DNA of 64,000 nucleotides from an uncultured Myxococcales bacterium (GTDB lineage Bacteria; Myxococcota_A; Polyangia; GCA-2747355; CAZCFB01): NCBI GenBank assembly GCA_964511535.1, contig CAZEFW010000032.1, positions 302 to 64,301 of the forward strand, read 5' to 3'. Shown piece by piece: positions 62,445 to 64,000 of this stretch (position 1 is its first letter; each line of letters starts with the position of its first letter). The notes under the pieces were generated by a model. It saw only the letters and a program-made list of their open reading frames with translations, ran no database searches and was not told where the DNA came from. The position numbers and the translations under genes were made by a program.

Positions 62445-62605
62445 TGGATGTCCTCGGCTGAAGTAACAACACGGTCTGTCCGGCCCCTGAAGCCGATCTC
62501 GGCGTTGCTCCGCCTCGACGTACCCCTGGTACGCCTTCGTTGTCGCGCCTTGATCTCGGCTCCAGTTGCTCGGCCAGCCCGTATCATTATTTGCGCCGAG
62601 GACAT

Positions 62606-63874
62606 CTAGGCGCGGGCTTCGGCCAGCGCCTCATCGTACACCTGGGACAGGTCGGACACCACGTCGTCCAGGCCGCGCACCTGCCGGGCCACCGCGCCCC
62701 GGCGCAGCGTGTGGTACTGCTGCGCCAGCCGCTGCACCGCCTCGGCCAGGGCCTGGGCGTCCCCTGGCGGCACCAGCAGACCGTCCTCGCCGTCGCGCAC
62801 GCGCCCGGGCAGCGCGCCCACCGCCGACGCCACCACCGGGATGCCCGCGGCCATGGCCTCCATCCACACCATGGGGCCGGTCTCGGGCCAGAGCGACGGG
62901 ATCACCAGCGCGTCCAGGCCGGCCAGGACGCGCGGCAGGTCCTGCTCTCCGTAGGGGCCGCGATACCGGGCCAGCCCGCGGGCCTCTGCCTGCTCCAGCT
63001 GTCGGCGCAGGCCGGCGTCCCGCAGCGGTCCGCCGTGCACCTCCAGCCGCACCGGCTCCTGCTCCAGCAGCTCCATGGCGCGCAGGGCCACCCGCACCCC
63101 TTTGTGAGCGCCGAGGCTGCCCAGGTAGCCCAGGCGCAGCGGCTCGCGCGGCCGCGCCGCCTCCACCACCGCCGCTGGCAGATGCGGGATGCCGTAGTCC
63201 ACCACCACCATGCGGTCGGGGTCGAAGCCCTGGCCGGCCAGCCGGTGCACAACATCCGGCGCGGGGCAGGTGAGGCGGTGCGCCCTGGCGTAGCAGCCCT
63301 GGATCACCTGGGTCCTCACCAGGTAAGGCCCGAGCCGGGCGGCGGCCCGCAACGGCGCGCCGAAGCCCCGGGTGGCGCCCCCCGGCACGCACAGCGCGCA
63401 CCGGACCCCGGCGCGGGGTCCGTCGCAGTCCCCGCCGTCGGCCCGGCGCAGGTCGATGCGCTGGCAGATGGGCCAGTAGTCATGGACGGTGGCCACAACC
63501 GCGGCCCCCGCCTTGATTCCGATGGAGGTGAGCCGTGCGCTGAGCTGCAGGGTGTGCTGGATGTGCACCAGCTCCGGTTCATGCTCGTGCACCACCTGCT
63601 CCAGCAGCGCGTCCACCGCCGGGTTCACGATGCCGGCGAGGGGGCCGAGGCGGGCCGGCGCCGGGGCGCGAAGCAACCTCATGGAGCGCACGCCGGGGGC
63701 CACCGACTCCACCTCCTCCACCCGGCTCGCCCCGGCCGCGGTGCGCTCGGAGCCGCCCAGGAGCAGCAGGTCATGCCCCTCCAACGACAGCGCCCCTGCC
63801 AGGTGCCCAGAGAACAGCCCCACGCCGCCGATCTCGGCGCCCGGGAGCTGGTTGACCGCCATCAAGATACGCAT
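62606..63874 (-). CDS. Family 4 (GT-B, group 1) glycosyltransferase
   Basis: MRILMAVNQLPGAEIGGVG ... PSLWPETGPMVWMEAMAAGIPVVAS (EX7E region). Confidence 0.85.
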   Translation of the reverse strand: MRILMAVNQLPGAEIGGVGLFSGHLAGALSLEGHDLLLLGGSERTAAGASRVEEVESVAPGVRSMRLLRAPAPARLGPLAGIVNPAVDALLEQVVHEHEPELVHIQHTLQLSARLTSIGIKAGAAVVATVHDYWPICQRIDLRRADGGDCDGPRAGVRCALCVPGGATRGFGAPLRAAARLGPYLVRTQVIQGCYARAHRLTCPAPDVVHRLAGQGFDPDRMVVVDYGIPHLPAAVVEAARPREPLRLGYLGSLGAHKGVRVALRAMELLEQEPVRLEVHGGPLRDAGLRRQLEQAEARGLARYRGPYGEQDLPRVLAGLDALVIPSLWPETGPMVWMEAMAAGIPVVASAVGALPGRVRDGEDGLLVPPGDAQALAEAVQRLAQQYHTLRRGAVARQVRGLDDVVSDLSQVYDEALAEARA

Positions 63875-63932
63875 GGAGGAAGGGTAGCAGCAGCGCGGGG
63901 CTGTGTCCCTGGGGATGGCTGGGGGGCGGGAA

Positions 63933-64000
63933 GGGGATTGGGATTGGGAGGGGGAGCGGGATCGGGGTCGGGATCGGGGTCGGGGGCGGCCGCGGACGCG
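63933..64000. repeat. 6-bp G-rich microsatellite (GGGATT/GGGATC/GGGGTC) running into the window edge
   Basis: gggattgggattgggagggggagcgggatcggggtcgggatcggggtcggggg. Confidence 0.85.

Overview
High-GC segment (about 70% GC by eye, not computed). Two MYXO-CTERM-like sorting tails, many lipobox lipoproteins, TPR/NHL/BNR secreted proteins and GC3-saturated codons point to a member of the Myxococcota; this taxon call is an inference. I support about 52 protein genes and one RNA gene. No transposase, integrase, phage, CRISPR, tRNA or rRNA was seen. Many long ORFs in the track are antisense or alternate-frame artefacts of the GC content.

Housekeeping anchors: acnB, rplM-rpsI, an RluA-family pseudouridine synthase, recN, an M23 peptidase, lgt, a plsC-like acyltransferase, fxsA, and RNase P RNA (rnpB). 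rnpB is absent from the ORF track and is covered by spurious ORFs.

Accessory content worth attention:
- 1-4.1 kb: a divergent haem module, consisting of a CxxCH-tagged beta-barrel-like protein, a PSCyt1-like lipoprotein and an 8-haem lipoprotein.
- 10-20 kb: a secreted-protein island. It holds a very basic repeat protein, a tandem pair of about 94% identical lipoproteins with a pore-former-like C-terminus, and an operon whose BNR-propeller protein and small partner share a TolC-like C-terminal module.
- 28-37.7 kb: paralogous GT-C-like membrane proteins, then a tight fxsA-plsC-radical SAM/SPASM-B12 radical SAM operon.
- 39.7-43 kb: a single 1091-aa ORF that fuses a glycyl-radical activase to a glycyl-radical enzyme of the eliminase type. 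This is my top candidate for something new.
- 50.2-51.5 kb: an orphan DsrE-TusA-DsrE sulfur-relay trio.
- 52.5-63.9 kb: an envelope glycoconjugate island.

At DNA level, the intergenic spacers are populated by phased 6-, 7- and 8-bp microsatellite arrays. These recur in the same composite order, end in GC hairpins, and in one case are absorbed into a coding 3' end. A 43-bp nested palindrome occurs three times.

All functional calls rest on motif recognition by eye. No database search was run.
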